Shown here one piece after another: positions 9,373 through 18,610 of a DNA stretch of 30,453 nucleotides. A program made the translations under genes and the position numbers. Origin of the DNA: Acaryochloridaceae cyanobacterium VAR_48_metabat_390 (GTDB lineage Bacteria; Cyanobacteriota; Cyanobacteriia; Thermosynechococcales; Thermosynechococcaceae); contig JANPLU010000046.1 in the NCBI GenBank assembly GCA_031422435.1, positions 1 through 30,453 on the forward strand. The letters run 5' to 3'. The notes under the pieces are model-generated. The model saw nothing but the letters and a program-made list of their open reading frames with translations, was not told the DNA's origin and searched no databases. The stretch's first letter is position 1. Every line of letters begins with the position of its first letter.

Positions 9373-9465
9373 CCCTCACCCCAACCCTCTCCCTAAGGAG
9401 AGTGAGAAAGAGTCCAATCCCCCTTCTCCCCAGGGAGAAGGGGCTAGGGGATGAGGGCGTGCAAG
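9373..9465 (-). repeat. Dispersed GC-rich double-hairpin repeat, copy 3 (inverted relative to copy 1)
   Basis: The reverse complement reads CTTGCACGCCCTCATCCCCTAGCCCCTTCTCCCTGGGGAGAAGGGG...GGGAGAGGGTTGGGGTGAGGG and aligns along its length with 5567-5660. Confidence 0.9.
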
Positions 9466-9532
9466 GTGCATGACTATCTCCCCAATTCTCCGAGGTTCAA
9501 TTCACGATTCTTAAGTCAGATCTGAAACTTTT

Positions 9533-9574
9533 AATTGATGCCCAGTCCCAGCATTTTGTGACTGGGCATCAATT
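9533..9574 (-). terminator. Stem-loop just downstream of the phytase-like esterase gene (probable terminator)
   Basis: Perfect 15-bp inverted repeat AATTGATGCCCAGTC / GACTGGGCATCAATT, 13 nt after the stop at 9588. The U-tract is weak. Confidence 0.6.
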
Positions 9575-9587
9575 TATCTACTAGTGC

Positions 9588-10760
9588 TCATATTTTAGCT
9601 GGCGACAATCGCTTACCTAAGCGCAGCATCAGCATCTGAGTGGGCACCGCTGGATTAGAGCCGTTATCGCTGATAAGAAGCAGACTGCGGCTTCCATCTG
9701 AGAGCTGAGGGCCAAGAGAAAGCCCCTCTAGATTTTGAAGCGGAATCTTCAGATCTGCGAGATTCAGCAGTAGCTGTTTGCGGATAGGCACAATGCCCTT
9801 CAGATTAGACGGCAGAGTCCGCATCCCAGAAATATCGGTGGCAACGCCTGTGGCAAGTTGATAGAGGGTTGCGCCATAGCCTGTGATAGGGCTATAGCTG
9901 CGCTCAAGGCTTATAAAGTGGCCGGCATTATCAATCGAAATGAGGTCTGTTAAAGCGTGAAGGGTGCCATCTTTGGGGTCTGAATCAAGCGGGTAAAGAT
10001 GCTCGGAAATCAGAATAGGCTCCGGTTCACCAATCCAGTAGTGTAAAAAGCGGCTGAACGGTTGAGATGTGTCTTGCTTCAGCGGGGTTGCGGTGGCGGT
10101 GAAAAGGCGATCGCCCTCTGCATTAGTTGCCAAAGATTCAAAGCCCTGATTCGGGTTAACGCCCAAGACTAGGGTGTCGTCATCTGGGTTAAGCGCCCAA
10201 AACTGTTTTGGAAGCGGCAGATCTTGCTGCCAAGCGCCATCGGCAACCTTAAATTCGCTCAGGCGGGGCGGAATCTTAAGGCTCTGACTTCCCTCGCTGG
10301 CCACAAAGACTGTGCCATGCCGAGTCAGCACCAACCCTTCGCCATCTAACGTAGCGGATGGGTTGGATGGGTCAAGCTGAAGCGGATCTTTTAGAAGCGT
10401 TACGGTTTCGACATTGAGGGACGATGAGTTAGAAGGAGAGTCGTCTTGGTTGAGGCTGAATGTATAGAATCGAGGACTGGTCTTATCATCGGCTAGGGCG
10501 TAAATTCGGTTCGCCTGGGAGCTGTAGGTCAGCGCCGAAAACCCACCCAGCGTTGTGCCGTTAAAATTAGACTGTGGGAGCGTATAGCTTGCAGCTAAAG
10601 ACGCTGATAGGTTAAGAAACAGTCGAGACTCCGCACTAACTTGGGGCAAGTTAGTGCCTGTCAAAAGCAGTGCTAGCCCCAAACACAAGGAAACAAAGAC
10701 CTTATGCCAATACCTTAAGCGCTGGGTGGCTGCCAAAATTGAAGTAAAGCCTGTCGCCAT
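9588..10760 (-). CDS. Esterase-like activity of phytase family protein (secreted beta-propeller)
   Basis: Signal-peptide-like N-terminus; motifs LGGFSALTY, YALADD, DGEGL, VASEG, NQGFESL, LERSY, NLEGLSLGP, LISDN. Confidence 0.88.
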   Translation of the reverse strand: MATGFTSILAATQRLRYWHKVFVSLCLGLALLLTGTNLPQVSAESRLFLNLSASLAASYTLPQSNFNGTTLGGFSALTYSSQANRIYALADDKTSPRFYTFSLNQDDSPSNSSSLNVETVTLLKDPLQLDPSNPSATLDGEGLVLTRHGTVFVASEGSQSLKIPPRLSEFKVADGAWQQDLPLPKQFWALNPDDDTLVLGVNPNQGFESLATNAEGDRLFTATATPLKQDTSQPFSRFLHYWIGEPEPILISEHLYPLDSDPKDGTLHALTDLISIDNAGHFISLERSYSPITGYGATLYQLATGVATDISGMRTLPSNLKGIVPIRKQLLLNLADLKIPLQNLEGLSLGPQLSDGSRSLLLISDNGSNPAVPTQMLMLRLGKRLSPAKI

Positions 10761-10827
10761 CGCAATTCCCTCCTAGGATCAGTGGGTGGCATACTAACAA
10801 TCGTGGATTAACCCATCTGGATTGCGA

Positions 10828-11688
10828 ATGCTGCTAACTACCTTCTTTACCTTAACGGCTGCCGTTGAATTTACCTCCCCTGGCGTTGGGTTCCCCATAG
10901 GTCCACTTAACGTGCGCTGGTATGGACTGCTGATTGCCAGTGCAGTGTTAATTGGGCTTACCCTCGCCCAGCGGCTGGCTCAATCGCGTCAGCTCAGCCC
11001 CGATTTGATAGGGGGTTTATTAATATGGCTGATTGTGGGCGCAATCCCTGGCGCGCGGCTGTACTATGTGCTGTTTCAGTGGCCTTACTATAGCCAGCAC
11101 CCAGACCAAATTTTGGCGATTTGGCGCGGCGGCATTGCTATTCATGGCGCAATTATTGGGGGGACTCTCGCAGCTATTTTATTTAGTCGCGTTAAGCGCT
11201 GTTCGTTTTGGCGACTAGCAGATATCGTGGCTCCGTCTTTAATTTTGGGACAGGCGATCGGGCGTTGGGGCAATTTCTTTAATTCTGAAGCCTTTGGTAG
11301 CCCCACAGATTTACCTTGGAAGCTCTTTATTCCCGAGGATCGTCGGCCTGCTGGATTTGAATCTGTCGGGTACTATCACCCCACATTTTTGTATGAGTCT
11401 TTGTGGAATTTAATGGTGTTTGGACTGTTGATGGTGCTATTTGTGAAGTTTCCCAAGGCCAAGCGAGGGACGCTGTTTTTGGTATATGCGATCGCCTATA
11501 GCCTTGGGCGCTTTTGGATTGAAGCCCTCCGCACGGATAGCCTCATGTTTGGCCCTCTTAAAATGGCACAGATGGTGAGCTTAGTCGGCATTATTTTGGG
11601 TGGGGCAGGGTTAACATGGCTTTACCTCCTGCGGCGCACCTTACCCGATACCGCCGCGACCGCCAAACAAACTCCTCTCGGTTATTAA
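10828..11688 (+). CDS. lgt: Prolipoprotein diacylglyceryl transferase
   Basis: [55 protein letters not shown]. The start could be ATG 10828 or TTG 10822. Confidence 0.96.
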   Translation: MLLTTFFTLTAAVEFTSPGVGFPIGPLNVRWYGLLIASAVLIGLTLAQRLAQSRQLSPDLIGGLLIWLIVGAIPGARLYYVLFQWPYYSQHPDQILAIWRGGIAIHGAIIGGTLAAILFSRVKRCSFWRLADIVAPSLILGQAIGRWGNFFNSEAFGSPTDLPWKLFIPEDRRPAGFESVGYYHPTFLYESLWNLMVFGLLMVLFVKFPKAKRGTLFLVYAIAYSLGRFWIEALRTDSLMFGPLKMAQMVSLVGIILGGAGLTWLYLLRRTLPDTAATAKQTPLGY

Positions 11689-11690
11689 TC

Positions 11691-12506
11691 ATGACCAACG
11701 CACTACCACCAGCGGTTTATATTGTGGGTGCTGGTCCTGGCGACCCAGAACTGCTTACCCTCAAAGCCCATCGCATTTTGTCTCAGGCCGATGTGGTGCT
11801 GTATGCCAACTCCCTCATACCCCTCCAGGTTTTGGAGGCGGTAAAGCCAGGAGCAGAGATAATTCAAACCGCCAACAAAACCCTTGAAGACATTCTGCCC
11901 ATCTTGATTGATCGGGTGCGATCGCGTCATCAATCCGTCGTTCGGCTCCAGTCAGGCGATCCAAGCCTATACAGCGCCGTTCATGAGCAAATTCAGGCGC
12001 TGGGCGAGGCTGAGGTTCCCTTTGAGATTATTCCGGGCATTAGTACGTTTCAGCTTGCCGCCGCTCGGCTTCAGGTCGAGCTAACGGTACCAGAACTGGT
12101 GCAGACCATTATTTTGACGCGCATCAGCGGACGCACCACCATGCCCGCAGCGGAAGATCTGGCGGGTTTAGCAGCGCACCAGGCTAGCCTGTGTCTGTAC
12201 CTCAGCGCCCGTCATGTTGAAGCTGCCCAAAACAAGCTGTTGGCGCACTACCCAGCCGAAACCCACGTTGCGATTTGCTTTCGACTGGGGTGGCCCGATG
12301 AGCAGCTTTGGGTGGTGCCGTTAGGCCAAATGGCGGCGGTGACAAAAGCGCAGCAGCTAGAGCGCACCACCATGTACCTAATTAGCCCTGCGTTAAATCC
12401 GGTGAAGGCAGAAGGATCACGATCGCGTCTCTACCATCCCGACCATGCTCGTCTGTTTCGCCCTGCCCCATCGCAGCAAAACTCTAAGGAAAAATCTAAA
12501 ACCTGA
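11691..12506 (+). CDS. cobM: Precorrin-4 C11-methyltransferase
   Basis: VGAGPGDPELLTLKA, RLQSGDPSLY, ELTVPELVQTIILTRISGRT, RSRLYHP. ATG at 11691 lies 2 nt after the lgt stop; the ORF-track start at 11616 overlaps lgt. Confidence 0.93.
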   Translation: MTNALPPAVYIVGAGPGDPELLTLKAHRILSQADVVLYANSLIPLQVLEAVKPGAEIIQTANKTLEDILPILIDRVRSRHQSVVRLQSGDPSLYSAVHEQIQALGEAEVPFEIIPGISTFQLAAARLQVELTVPELVQTIILTRISGRTTMPAAEDLAGLAAHQASLCLYLSARHVEAAQNKLLAHYPAETHVAICFRLGWPDEQLWVVPLGQMAAVTKAQQLERTTMYLISPALNPVKAEGSRSRLYHPDHARLFRPAPSQQNSKEKSKT

Positions 12507-12617
12507 CTTTTTTGTGCAAAGACCTGACTTTTTCTGAATCGACAAGCGTCGAACAACGGGTCACAATACATACAGTTAATTGTCTTGCAAACACTGTAAG
12601 CCTTTACATTCGTTACT

Positions 12618-12680
12618 CAAGATAGCCAAAACAAGCCTGCAATGAAAACCTTCGGGGTCTAACTGCAGGCTGTTTCTTGA
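12618..12680. other. Long imperfect hairpin capped by a C(UUCG)G loop, between cobM and the natB-like gene
   Basis: TCAAGA...AAACAAGCCTGCA...ACC-TTCG-GGGT...TGCAGGCTGTTT-CTTGA. Confidence 0.5.
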
Positions 12681-12856
12681 AAAGGCAATCCGCTGCATTT
12701 TGTCTTTTAAGCTTTTCTTAACCAAAAGGCAACCCTGCCATAGGATAGGGTTGCTAAACGTAATAGAATGCTTTGCAATGAGCCGCCTTACTAGATTCAG
12801 CCTAGGCTGAATGGCTCATAGTCAACGGCTCGAGTTTAGGTGAGGAGTTTGAATTT

Positions 12857-14182
12857 ATGAAACAGCAGACTGTTAAACAACAAATGCAAAATGCGTTGCG
12901 ATGGATCCCTAGCCCAAGGGCTGCGATCGCCCTTTCGATGACCGCTTTACTCGCAAGCTGCGGCACTGCCGCTACTGGCCCTTCTGCCGATGGCGGACTG
13001 AAGCTTGGTTCCCTGCTGCCCTCTACGGGAGATTTAGCCCCCGTCGGACAGCCCATGACCTCAACCGTGCCGCTGCTGGTCGAAACGGTCAATGCTTGCG
13101 GCGGCGTAAACGGCAAGCCCGTAGAGCTGATCGCGGCAGATGATGAGACAGATGCCACCAAAGGCAATGCTGCCATGACCAAGCTCGCTGAAGTAGATAA
13201 AGTGGCTGGCGTGGTCGGGTCTTTTGCCAGCAGCGTTTCTCAATCTGCGGTTGATGTGGCAGTGCGCAACAAGGTGATGCTCGTGTCGCCCGGAAGCACC
13301 AGCCCTGCCTTTACAGAACGGGCGAAAAAAGGCGACTTCAAGGTTAAAAAAGAGGATGCATTTGGCTATTGGGGTCGTACCGCGCCTTCCGATGCTTACC
13401 AAGCCCCTGCACTTGCTAAACTTGCTTTCGATAATGGGCTGAAGCGCGTTTCAACAGTTGTCATTAATAATGACTACGGCGTTGGCTTTGAGAAAGAATT
13501 TGTGACCGCCTTCAAGAAACTGGGTGGCACCATCATCAATGAACAAAAGCCCATCCGCTACGACCCCAAAGCCGCCACGCTTAATAGTGAAGCAGAAGCC
13601 GCATTTAAGGGCAACCCCGATGGCGTTGCCGCAGTTCTGTATGCCGAAACGGGCAGTTTGCTCCTTAAAGCGGCCTATGAAGGTGGTCTAATGAAAGGGA
13701 CAAAAGTTTTGCTGACCGATGGCATGAAATCTGATGAGTTTGCCACACAGGTAGGCAAAACCAAAGATGGTAAGTTTATTGCCGAAGGCATCAGCGGAAC
13801 CATCCCTGGCGCAAATGGTAAAGCGCTGGAGGCTTTAAATAAGCTTTGGCAGGCCAAGAAAAATAGCGCCCCCCCTTCCTATGTGCCACAAGCCTGGGAT
13901 GCAGGCGCACTGCTGGTGCTGGCAGCTCAAGCCGCAAAGGCCAATACCGGAGAGGCGATCGCCGCAAACATTCGTGCAGTCTCGGCTGGCCCTGGCGAAG
14001 AAGTCTCGGATGTTTGTAAAGGGCTAGAACTCCTCAAGGCAGGCAAAAAGATCAACTATCAAGGAGCTAGTGGTAACGTAGACATCGACGAAAACGGCGA
14101 TGTTGTAGGGGTCTACGATATCTGGCAGGTGCAGAGCGATGGGAAGACTAAAACCATTGGTACGGTAGCACCTACAAAGTAG
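12857..14182 (+). CDS. natB: Amino-acid ABC transporter substrate-binding lipoprotein (NatB/LivJ-like)
   Basis: Lipobox LLASC; LKLGSLLPSTGDLA, VNACGGVNG, SPGSTSP, RTAPSD, INYQGASGNVDIDENGDV. The exact start is uncertain. Confidence 0.8.
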   Translation: MKQQTVKQQMQNALRWIPSPRAAIALSMTALLASCGTAATGPSADGGLKLGSLLPSTGDLAPVGQPMTSTVPLLVETVNACGGVNGKPVELIAADDETDATKGNAAMTKLAEVDKVAGVVGSFASSVSQSAVDVAVRNKVMLVSPGSTSPAFTERAKKGDFKVKKEDAFGYWGRTAPSDAYQAPALAKLAFDNGLKRVSTVVINNDYGVGFEKEFVTAFKKLGGTIINEQKPIRYDPKAATLNSEAEAAFKGNPDGVAAVLYAETGSLLLKAAYEGGLMKGTKVLLTDGMKSDEFATQVGKTKDGKFIAEGISGTIPGANGKALEALNKLWQAKKNSAPPSYVPQAWDAGALLVLAAQAAKANTGEAIAANIRAVSAGPGEEVSDVCKGLELLKAGKKINYQGASGNVDIDENGDVVGVYDIWQVQSDGKTKTIGTVAPTK

Positions 14183-14240
14183 AGACAATAAGTCAACGGT
14201 CACCACATCACTTTTTTAAGGTTATTCTCACGAGCATAGT

Positions 14241-14274
14241 AATGTTGAGGGTACCCAGCGGTGCCCTCAACATT
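14241..14274 (+). terminator. Stem-loop after the natB-like gene
   Basis: AATGTTGAGGGTACC-CAGC-GGTGCCCTCAACATT, a 15-bp stem with one G-U pair. Confidence 0.65.
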
Positions 14275-14599
14275 GCCGCTTAGAAAATATCAATCAAAAT
14301 TAGTAGGAAAGCAGCGTAAATACTAAAGTTGTCACAATTCCAATCTCAACAATACTTTTGTCATCTTTTAAGACGGCTTTGAGATAAGACATAATAGCCT
14401 CCCCAACGGGTTAGCGATTCTCTTTTATTTTATCAATTCCAGAAAATATTCGTTAGATAGTTACATTTAAGCTAACAGCGTTTTCGCCTTTTAAATTTAA
14501 ACATCGCTGAAGTTCTTGCTTAGAGTGGATGTAAATCTTTTTGAAAAAATATCTGAAGCACTTTTTGGGAGAGGCTTGAAAGATTATTCTATTTTACAG

Positions 14600-15250
14600 G
14601 ACAATAAATCTAATTATTTACTCGTGCCATCGAGTGATCTCGGTAGAGATATCATATTTAACTACTACTGGCTCGACCCAAAAGATCTGGTAATATACTT
14701 CCTAGATTTTGCTGGGCATAAAATACAGTCTGTAATGATCTCCCTTTAGGTCTTGTCATACAACCGCGCACGCTTGCTCGATGCACTTTACCAACCCGCC
14801 ATAGTTTTGCAAGAGCTGAACTGCATTTTTAAAATGGGTGTACCGGGAGATGACTATTTCACCATGTGGTATTGCATCTAAGCAACATTGATCAAACGCT
14901 GACCTACGCTTCAGCAGGCCACTCATCAGCGCTACTGGTCAATCCAGATCCGTACAGCAGTTCAACATTTGCGGAGTTATCATGGGGTCCATGCCAGACA
15001 TGACCTATGAGAAAGGCTCATTCATACTGCATTGAAGCAGCCATTTGCCTTTATGTCTGTAGTGACGGCGTATGCGAAATTTTTCAAGCCAATAGGGAAA
15101 TCAGAGAACTTAAAACTTTTATTGATTTAATTTCGGTTTATCAACAACAGCAGACCAATCATCTTGAATCTATATTTTGCTCACATTTGTCAAATCAAGG
15201 CTCAAACGTCTTTAATGACGATTTTTCGCTGATTCAGGTCAAACTGAATC
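14600..15250 (+). pseudogene. Degraded PP2C-type (SpoIIE/RsbU family) Ser/Thr phosphatase
   Basis: Collinear fragments PSSDLGRD.FNYYWLDPKDLVIYFLDFAGH, *, LYQPAIVLQELN.IFKM...DDYFTMWY, frameshift, TLTYASAGH, frameshifts, LYVCSDGV.EI...FNDDFSLIQV. Stops at 14747-14749 and 14879-14881. Confidence 0.85.
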
Positions 15251-15474
15251 CTCCGCAAATGCCTTGTAATCAAGGTGCTGAAGAAGTTCAGCCTCCTCAA
15301 TGATCATGTCGGCATAACAGGTGGGAATCCTTAAGTTAAGCCACATCAATGAATGGTGTCCGCTAGTTTTAAATATTTGAAGCCTCTAATTTTTAAAAAA
15401 TTGAAAAATTTCTTTGACTGAAAACTTGAGAGAATCACTAAAAATAAACTGTCGTTTGAGATAGTTAAAAAATC

Positions 15475-17964
15475 ATGACTAACAAAAAACCTCAAAATAT
15501 CCGACACCTATTAGTTATTGAGGACGATCAGGGTAAACGAATGATTACCCTCCAGGAGGTAACCTGCTCTATTGGAAGAGACCCTAGCAATACGATTGTG
15601 CTGTATAGTCCTCGGATTTCGAGGCAGCATGCCATTTTATTACGTACAACTAATCCTAAGATTGATGGCTACCTCTTTCGGATTATTGATGGAAACTTGC
15701 AAGGCAATCGCAGTCGTAATGGTCTAACAATTAATGGTTTAAAGTGTTTCTCTCATGATCTAATATATGGCGACGAAATTATTTTTGCAGAGGAAATAAG
15801 AGCAAGATACTATGTCTCAAGTAACCCATCAGATATTGAGTTTTTAATTTCCTGTGAGAGTAGTGAACTCTCAGGATTTTTACAGACGATGCATAATCCA
15901 TTTCAAACCCTCAGTACATCAAGTTTATCTAGTCGAGACCTGAAAGATTCTAATGAAGCTTCTTTAGTCAGATTAGCTTCCTATCCTGAACTTTTTTCAT
16001 ATCCAATTCTCGAAGTAAATCTTTCTGGAAAAATAATTTATCTTAATCCGGCTGCCGTCCAGGAATTTCCAAATATTCGAGAAGAGGGTACAAAACACCC
16101 ACTCATTGATGGAATTATTGAAAGCGTAAGTAATAATACAAAAGACTTTCATGTGCGACAAGTAAACATTGGTTATAAAGTATTTGAGCAGTCAATACAC
16201 TATTTTGCAGAAAGTGAGCTGATTCGGAGCTACATTACTGAAGTAACAGAGCGTAAGCTTGCTGAAGAAGCACTCAAAAAAGCCTATGATAATCTTGAAT
16301 TAAGGGTGGAAGAACGAACTTCCGAGCTAAAAACCGCTAATGAGAATCTACAGGCAGAAATTACTGAACGCCAAAAAGCGGAGGAAGAAGTTCGATTTAC
16401 TCAAAAGATGATGCAGGCTATCAGTGAATCCTCCAATTTTCATTCGGCATTGAGCATCGCACTACAAATGATCTGTGAAGTCACTGATTTCAGCTATGCA
16501 GAAGCATGGATTCCCAGCCATGACGGAAAGTTGCTTCAGTGCGGATCATTTTGGCATCGAGATGAAGTATCGTTACGGCAATTTCAAAAGCTTAGGCAGA
16601 TCAACACATTTGCACCAAATGAGGGTCTTCCGGGCCGAACCTGGGTTTCTAAACAACCTGAATTAATCAAAGATATGCAGGAGCCAGAGGATAAGCTGCT
16701 ATCTACTGGTCAGGAATATCTAAAAACGGGATTGAGTCTTCCTTTAATCGATAAAGGCCAGGTTGTGGCAGTACTAGTCTTTTTTGGCTATGAAGATTGC
16801 AAAGAAGATGTGAGAATGATCAACTTTATTTCAACGGCTGCAGTCCATATTGGCGGATTAATGCGTCGCAGACAGGCAGAAGATGCACTGCGCTCAAGCC
16901 ACGCTACAAACCGAGCATTGCTAACGGCCATTCCAGATTGGATGTTTCGCGTCAATAGCAGTGGAATAATCGTAAATTTTCACGACCCTAAGATTTACCC
17001 ATTACCTCTACCCATTAAAGACTTTATGGGGAAATCTTTAACTGAAGTTCTGCCACATGATGTTTCTGAGTTGTTGTTGAACTGTATCCATCAAGCATTC
17101 AGCACTAACGAAGTTCAGATTGTTGAATATCAACTGCGATTAAATGACCTATGCTTAGATTATGAAACTCGTATTGCCGTGAGTTCTAGTAAAGAAATAA
17201 TCGCCATCATTCGAGATATTACTGAGAGAAAAAAGGCTGAAGCAGAAATTCGAAATGCATTAGAACGCGAGAAAGAACTTAATGAGCTGAAATCTCGATT
17301 TGTATCGATTGCTTCTCATGAGTTTCGTACGCCCTTATCAACTATACTGTCTTCAGCACAGTTGATTGAGCATTATTCACAGAAGTGGAGTGAAGAAAAA
17401 AAGGTTATTCACCTTCAGCGTATTCAAACATCAGTCAGACACATGACCGATTTATTAAACGATGTATTGCTGATTAATAAAGCTGAAGTGGGTAAGCTAG
17501 AGTTTAATCCAAATCCAATTTCTCTTAACTGCTTCTGCCAAGAAATCATTGAAGATATACAGCTAACAAGTGACGATCATAAAATTATCTTTAAAGATAA
17601 GAGTCAATGCAAGATCATTAATGCAGACCAGAAGCTGCTTAGACATATTCTAACTAACTTACTCTCAAATGCTATCAAGTATTCCCCAAATAAGGAGAAT
17701 GTTTATTTTGACCTAGATCATCAAGATGACAATATTATTTTTAGAGTAAGAGATGAAGGGATTGGGATACCAGAGAAGGAGCAAGGTGAAATCTTTACCT
17801 CCTTTAATAGAGCCAGTAATGTGGGCACAATATCAGGAACGGGCCTAGGCTTATCAATCATTAAAAGGTCTGTAGACCTTCATGGTGGACATATTGAGCT
17901 TGATAGCTCACTTGGATCAGGGACTACTTTTACGATTAAACTGCCACTTGAAAGCGTTGTCTAA
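15475..17964 (+). CDS. Cytoplasmic sensor histidine kinase, FHA-PAS-coiled coil-GAF-PAS-HisKA-HATPase
   Basis: FHA (IGRD, ISRQHA, SRNGLTING); PAS (YLNPAA, EVTERK); GAF (EGLPGRTWVSKQP); PAS (IPDWMF, RDITERK); H-box SHEFRTPL, N-box NLLSNAIKYS, DEGIGIP, GTGLGLSI. No TM segments seen. Confidence 0.92.
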   Translation: MTNKKPQNIRHLLVIEDDQGKRMITLQEVTCSIGRDPSNTIVLYSPRISRQHAILLRTTNPKIDGYLFRIIDGNLQGNRSRNGLTINGLKCFSHDLIYGDEIIFAEEIRARYYVSSNPSDIEFLISCESSELSGFLQTMHNPFQTLSTSSLSSRDLKDSNEASLVRLASYPELFSYPILEVNLSGKIIYLNPAAVQEFPNIREEGTKHPLIDGIIESVSNNTKDFHVRQVNIGYKVFEQSIHYFAESELIRSYITEVTERKLAEEALKKAYDNLELRVEERTSELKTANENLQAEITERQKAEEEVRFTQKMMQAISESSNFHSALSIALQMICEVTDFSYAEAWIPSHDGKLLQCGSFWHRDEVSLRQFQKLRQINTFAPNEGLPGRTWVSKQPELIKDMQEPEDKLLSTGQEYLKTGLSLPLIDKGQVVAVLVFFGYEDCKEDVRMINFISTAAVHIGGLMRRRQAEDALRSSHATNRALLTAIPDWMFRVNSSGIIVNFHDPKIYPLPLPIKDFMGKSLTEVLPHDVSELLLNCIHQAFSTNEVQIVEYQLRLNDLCLDYETRIAVSSSKEIIAIIRDITERKKAEAEIRNALEREKELNELKSRFVSIASHEFRTPLSTILSSAQLIEHYSQKWSEEKKVIHLQRIQTSVRHMTDLLNDVLLINKAEVGKLEFNPNPISLNCFCQEIIEDIQLTSDDHKIIFKDKSQCKIINADQKLLRHILTNLLSNAIKYSPNKENVYFDLDHQDDNIIFRVRDEGIGIPEKEQGEIFTSFNRASNVGTISGTGLGLSIIKRSVDLHGGHIELDSSLGSGTTFTIKLPLESVV

Positions 17965-17992
17965 AGAATTAAATTAACAATAGGAGAAAGTT

Positions 17993-18610
17993 GTGACTAA
18001 AATTCTTGTGATTGAGGATGAAGTATCTGTTCGGGAGAACCTTGTAGATCTTCTCGAGGCCAGCGACTATGAAGTTATTTGTGCTGAAAATGGTTTTTTG
18101 GGTGCAGTTTGGGCATTTGAGCACATACCAGACCTAATCATTTGTGATGTAATGATGCCTGAAGTGAATGGCCATGAAGTGCTAGAAGCCCTGCGTCAAA
18201 ATTCCGCAACGGCTACAATTCCATTTATTTTTTTAACGGCTATGGCTGATATACAGTCAATCCGAAAAGGCATGGAACTAGGAGCAGATGATTATTTAAC
18301 TAAACCTTTTGAGAGTCTTGATTTACTCAAAGCAATTGAGGTAAAGCTATCCAGAAAGGCTCTCATAGAAAAGACGTATACTAAAAATGGAAGTAATGAA
18401 GCATTGTCTAAAGTTTTAATCGCTATTCATATGCTTCAAAAAATTGAGGAAGGAAATCAGAAAGATCAGTCTTTAGACCTTCTTAGAAATGTATGTTTTT
18501 TTGAAATTAAATCAGTTGGCGACATGTCAGGACTTGATGAATTATTGACCCCAGATGAAATGGATTTGTTTGATCGCTTAAAAGAGGCGGGATCTGCTAA
18601 GGCTTTCTGA
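17993..18610 (+). CDS. Response regulator (REC) with a short non-DNA-binding C-terminal helical domain
   Basis: ILVIEDE, LIICDVMMP, FIFLTA, GADDYLTKPF. GTG start with a TAGGAG RBS, 28 nt after the kinase stop. Confidence 0.9.
   Translation: MTKILVIEDEVSVRENLVDLLEASDYEVICAENGFLGAVWAFEHIPDLIICDVMMPEVNGHEVLEALRQNSATATIPFIFLTAMADIQSIRKGMELGADDYLTKPFESLDLLKAIEVKLSRKALIEKTYTKNGSNEALSKVLIAIHMLQKIEEGNQKDQSLDLLRNVCFFEIKSVGDMSGLDELLTPDEMDLFDRLKEAGSAKAF

Noticed and set aside
9142..9396. 84-aa ORF upstream of pntA
   Set aside because: No recognisable motif or RBS, and it ends inside repeat copy 3 (PSPQPSP).
5567..9465. Repeats as a possible CRISPR array
   Set aside because: The copies are kilobases apart, in mixed orientation, with no spacers and no cas genes.
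16400..16860. Kinase GAF domain as a cyanobacteriochrome photoreceptor
   Set aside because: No DxF/DxCF or CH bilin-binding motifs; it resembles the non-bilin GLPGRxW GAF type.
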